Shown here: one piece after another, positions 46,770 through 50,054 of the stretch
Numbering within the stretch: position 1 is the first letter of the stretch
Layout of the letters: each line of letters starts with the position of its first letter
DNA from: Phoronis australis
Lineage: Eukaryota; Animalia; Phoronida
DNA length: 50,054 bases
Reading direction: 5' to 3'
NCBI GenBank assembly: GCA_002633005.1
Contig: NMRA01000672.1
Coordinates: 162,623 to 212,676 of the forward strand
Position numbers and translations under genes: made by a program
The notes under the pieces: generated by a model
What the model saw: only the letters and a program-made list of their open reading frames with translations
The model's database searches: none
Told to the model about the DNA's origin: nothing

Positions 46770-49020
46770 GTAATGAAAACTCAGTGGTGATAAGAATGTA
46801 ATTTCAGTCATGTAACAGGAAACTCTAGGGGTGTGTGCATTTTATTAAACAACTCTATGGTATATGAAGTAAAATGTATTTATAAGGACTCGGTTGGCAT
46901 TTTTTGGCAGTGGAACTCTCAAGTTGAAAAGTATGAAATATTTCTTGTGAATTTATATAGGCCAAATGCCAACGATACTGATTTTTTCAAAATATTTTAT
47001 GGCCCCGTCTGGCATTCACTGCTCTATCCCCAAACCGCTTTGACCTATGTTCATGAAATTTTGCACGTGTTCCATTCATGAATGGGACAGCTAGAGTGAA
47101 CTTTCGGGTGAATCCGACAACCGGTGTGCCCTCTGGTGGCAATTTTACATTTTTTACTTTTATCTCCACCTATAAACCAAACCATTCTAAAGATGATTGT
47201 GAAAATTGGCATATATATGTTCTCAGTGTGATGAGAATGGTTGATGATGACGACTTTGACTACTGTGGCGCCTCCTATTGGCAGTTTTTTGCCCATAACA
47301 GTATCCCCTAAACCCATAGCAGGATCTTTATTAAATTTAGCACTAAGAGTAACTACATGAAGTTGACAACAGATGGCGACTTTCAGTCGCATACGAAAAA
47401 CGCTGTGGCTCCTAGTTGCAATATCATTTTTTCCGTTTTCCTTTATTTCTCTCAAGTTCCTTGATTGGGCAACTGGCTTTTTATTAAAGAAACAATGGTA
47501 TGCTCCTGTTTTCGGATGGATTCGATGTACTTTGTGCCATCTAGTGGCCATTTTTATGATACAAATAAACATCCCTAGAAGTACACTGTTTGCTGTGCAT
47601 TCGTGGGCACATTTCTTCACTCTGCGTCGCTCTTGTTAATTATCTTGTGACTGGAATGTTGTTCAATTACAACAAAACAATCCTAATCTGAAAAGGGGAA
47701 TTGAGAATCTAAAAAACTCTTTTAATCTTGTGGACCCATTGAGAATAGTCCAAAATGCTTTTCATTGTTTAAAAAGACTCCTTGCAAAATGTCTAGATTA
47801 TTTAGTCAGCAATGAGTTTTTGAACGTGGTGGATAGCGTAAACTCTTAGTCCAGGTTACAGAACAAAACACTCGAGTATTTGTCTTACATTTAACTGTTA
47901 GTAACAATTTTCAAAAACAGCGCAGTTTCTGACGACATAATAATTCTCTGTTAGAAGATGATCATTATTTAACCAAAGTTAGAAATGTGACTATCGATAC
48001 TATTGAGGAGTATTCTGCTCAGCCATACAATAATGAACACTTTAATGAAGAATTTTGAACTATATGCTTCTAGAGACAGCGCACGTGGAATTGAGAATAT
48101 CAGTGACACTGCAGAAACTCCAAATATCCGAAAAATTAGCGATATTGATTGAGCAAGAAATAAAATTGCATTAAAGAACATGAAAAATAACAAAAGTCCA
48201 GGAGTTGAGGGTTTTGCTTTTGGAAGGAATTATCACCCTTCTTATTTAGATCTTTCAAGAATAGTAGTGAAATGAATACTCTCCCCACTTCACAACTGCA
48301 ATGAGTAATGAAAGTTCTGCTAAAATCAGGTAAGCCATGAGAATTTCAAAAAATAAAATTTTGTCATCGTGTTTAGTACAAAGTTCTTGAAAAATTGATT
48401 CACCCAGATCTGACAGGACTTTTATCTGGTCAATTTATTGGTGAAAACATTTGTCTGAACTCTTTATGACATTTTGTATAATACATACTCAAGAGAACTT
48501 TTGGGTCTTGGGATAATAGTGGATTTTGACAAAGCATTAGATACATTGTCCTGGAATTTTGTGTTTAATGTTCTTAAGATGTTTGAGTTCGGAGATATTT
48601 TTTGTGAAAGGATAAAAATGTTAAACGAAAACTCACAACATTGCGTCATGCAACATGACATTGCCTGCCAGACTTTCTCAAAGTTAAATGAGTTGCAAAC
48701 AGAATTTTAGTAACTAATAACTTTTTCACGGTAATTGGTATTTCTCCAACTGACCGAGGTACCTTTTACAGGAATGAAACTGAAAGTTTAGAACATTTAT
48801 TTTGGGATTGCACTTTTGTTCAGTCTTTTTGGGAATTAATAGGTGAATATTATATTAATGCAAAAATGTGCATATATCTTAAGATTTTCAAAATTTTATA
48901 TTTGGTAAAACCGTCAAAGCAAGTGAACGAACTGTTGAATTTTATTATTCTTTTCAGTCAAAAAGCATGTATACTGTAGAAAACTGGAAGTAGAACCTCT
49001 ATTTATAACACCTTTAAAAT
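46770..49020 (+). mobile_element. Decayed, internally deleted L1/Tx1-clade LINE ORF2 (endonuclease, RT, C-terminal zinc knuckle)
   Basis: Fragments in the expected order: FSHVTGNSRGVCILL, LVNLYRPN..D..FF, DWNVV, NLVDPLR, NSLLED, MKNNKSPGVEGF, LIHPDLTGLLSGQFIGENI, VDFDKALDTLSWNF...FEFG, ETESLEHLFWDC..VQSFW; many stops and frameshifts. Confidence 0.88.
46996..47637. mobile_element. Non-autonomous Helentron/HINE-like insertion nested in the LINE endonuclease
   Basis: Interrupts LINE homology between the NLYRPN..FF and DWNVV motifs; ends tttatggcccc... and ...gctcttgtt, T-rich boundaries, no TSD, internal degenerate repeats. Confidence 0.55.
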
Positions 49021-49169
49021 GAATTAGAAATTTATTTTACTACCAAGTTCTTGATGGATGTTTATGAAATTAAACAAATAAGTTGCTGTACATATCATTG
49101 CCTGAAATTCCAAGACACTTTCCCAAGTTAGAACTTTTGAAACACAGATGTATGGGGCTCTGATGTATT

Positions 49170-49940
49170 ATGTAACAATTTCTTAAAATGTTACAACTAT
49201 TGCATTTGACGAAATTGCAACATTTTACATTGCTAGGTCTCTACTAAAATGTAAGAATTTGTTACATTTTAAGTAATTGTTACATTTTATGTGCAATGTA
49301 CATGAAAGATTCATACAACTATTACACTTTATGAAACCAAAATCGTATCAAAGTAAATGACCAAAATCAGAATAAGTGGTATCTGACACGGCCGGGGTAC
49401 TTGCAACAATTTTACGTGGAACGGGCTGTGGTCATTTTTGCCAAAGAAATGCGACAAGCATTAGCCAAAATATGATGTCATTGTTTCTGTTGTGCTTAAA
49501 ATCTGTGAAATGTGTTGATGACATGTGAGTGCCATCAAAAGATTGCATGAACGCTTCAACAATAATTGTTACCTAACCTTGAAAACTCCTGTCGTCTAGA
49601 GTTGAAACTGAATGGGGTACAGTTTTGACTCTACGAAGAATCTGTGTTAAAAAACAATGGAAACCACATAGGTGCTCATGTATAAATTCGAGCTGGCCTA
49701 TTTGACAGAATTTCATTCAAACAGTCCATGAAAGAATCCATAAAGTGTGTGAACCATTTTCCACCGTGTGGTAAATACCAAGCAAACTCATAAAATGCAT
49801 GATTTCGCTTTTATAAATGTAGCAATGGTACATTTCTCACATGTGCATTCCTGTAAACTGTAACAATTACATAAAATGCTACATTTTAGGAGAGGCCTAG
49901 CAAGGTAAAATGTAACAATGACATAAAATGTAACAGTTGT
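49170..49940. mobile_element. MITE-like element with inverted subterminal TAAAATGTAACA repeats
   Basis: 49220-49253 is the reverse complement of 49880-49913 (3 mismatches in 34). Confidence 0.65.
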
Positions 49941-50054
49941 TGGCTGAGATCATTGTCTCTTTGAAAATTAAGACTTTGACCAAAAATTGTTTAATTGCTG
50001 ATTCTTGCTGACTTAAGGCATGACTTTTAGGTATACATTTCTATTTCAGGAATA

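Noticed and set aside
47051-47620. Longest ORF in the track (189 aa)
   Set aside because: It coincides with the internally repetitive non-autonomous insert and has no recognisable domain.

Overview
AT-rich eukaryotic genomic DNA, most consistent with a bilaterian invertebrate, with spliceosomal GT-AG introns. Most ORFs in the supplied track are spurious. Two complete, convergent 10-coding-exon genes can be assembled by hand with consistent intron phases. (1) A Ca2+-binding mitochondrial ATP-Mg/Pi carrier (SCaMC, SLC25A23/24/25 family; + strand, 8641-20469, 459 aa). (2) A spinster-like MFS transporter (- strand, 37417-26023, 488 aa) with features suggesting lysosomal targeting. The rest is introns and intergenic DNA rich in repeats: an internally deleted Academ-like DNA transposon with TIRs and a 3-bp TSD, a decayed L1/Tx1-type LINE interrupted by a Helentron-like insert with clustered CTCF-like motifs, several MITE families, long palindromes and minisatellites. 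I see no prokaryote-type system and no CRISPR array. The best leads are a 7-residue shortening of the SCaMC EF1-EF2 linker, the orphan lysosomal-type MFS, the TE-borne CTCF-like motif cluster, the Academ relic, and a minisatellite abutting splice sites. All family assignments come from motif recall, not database searches.
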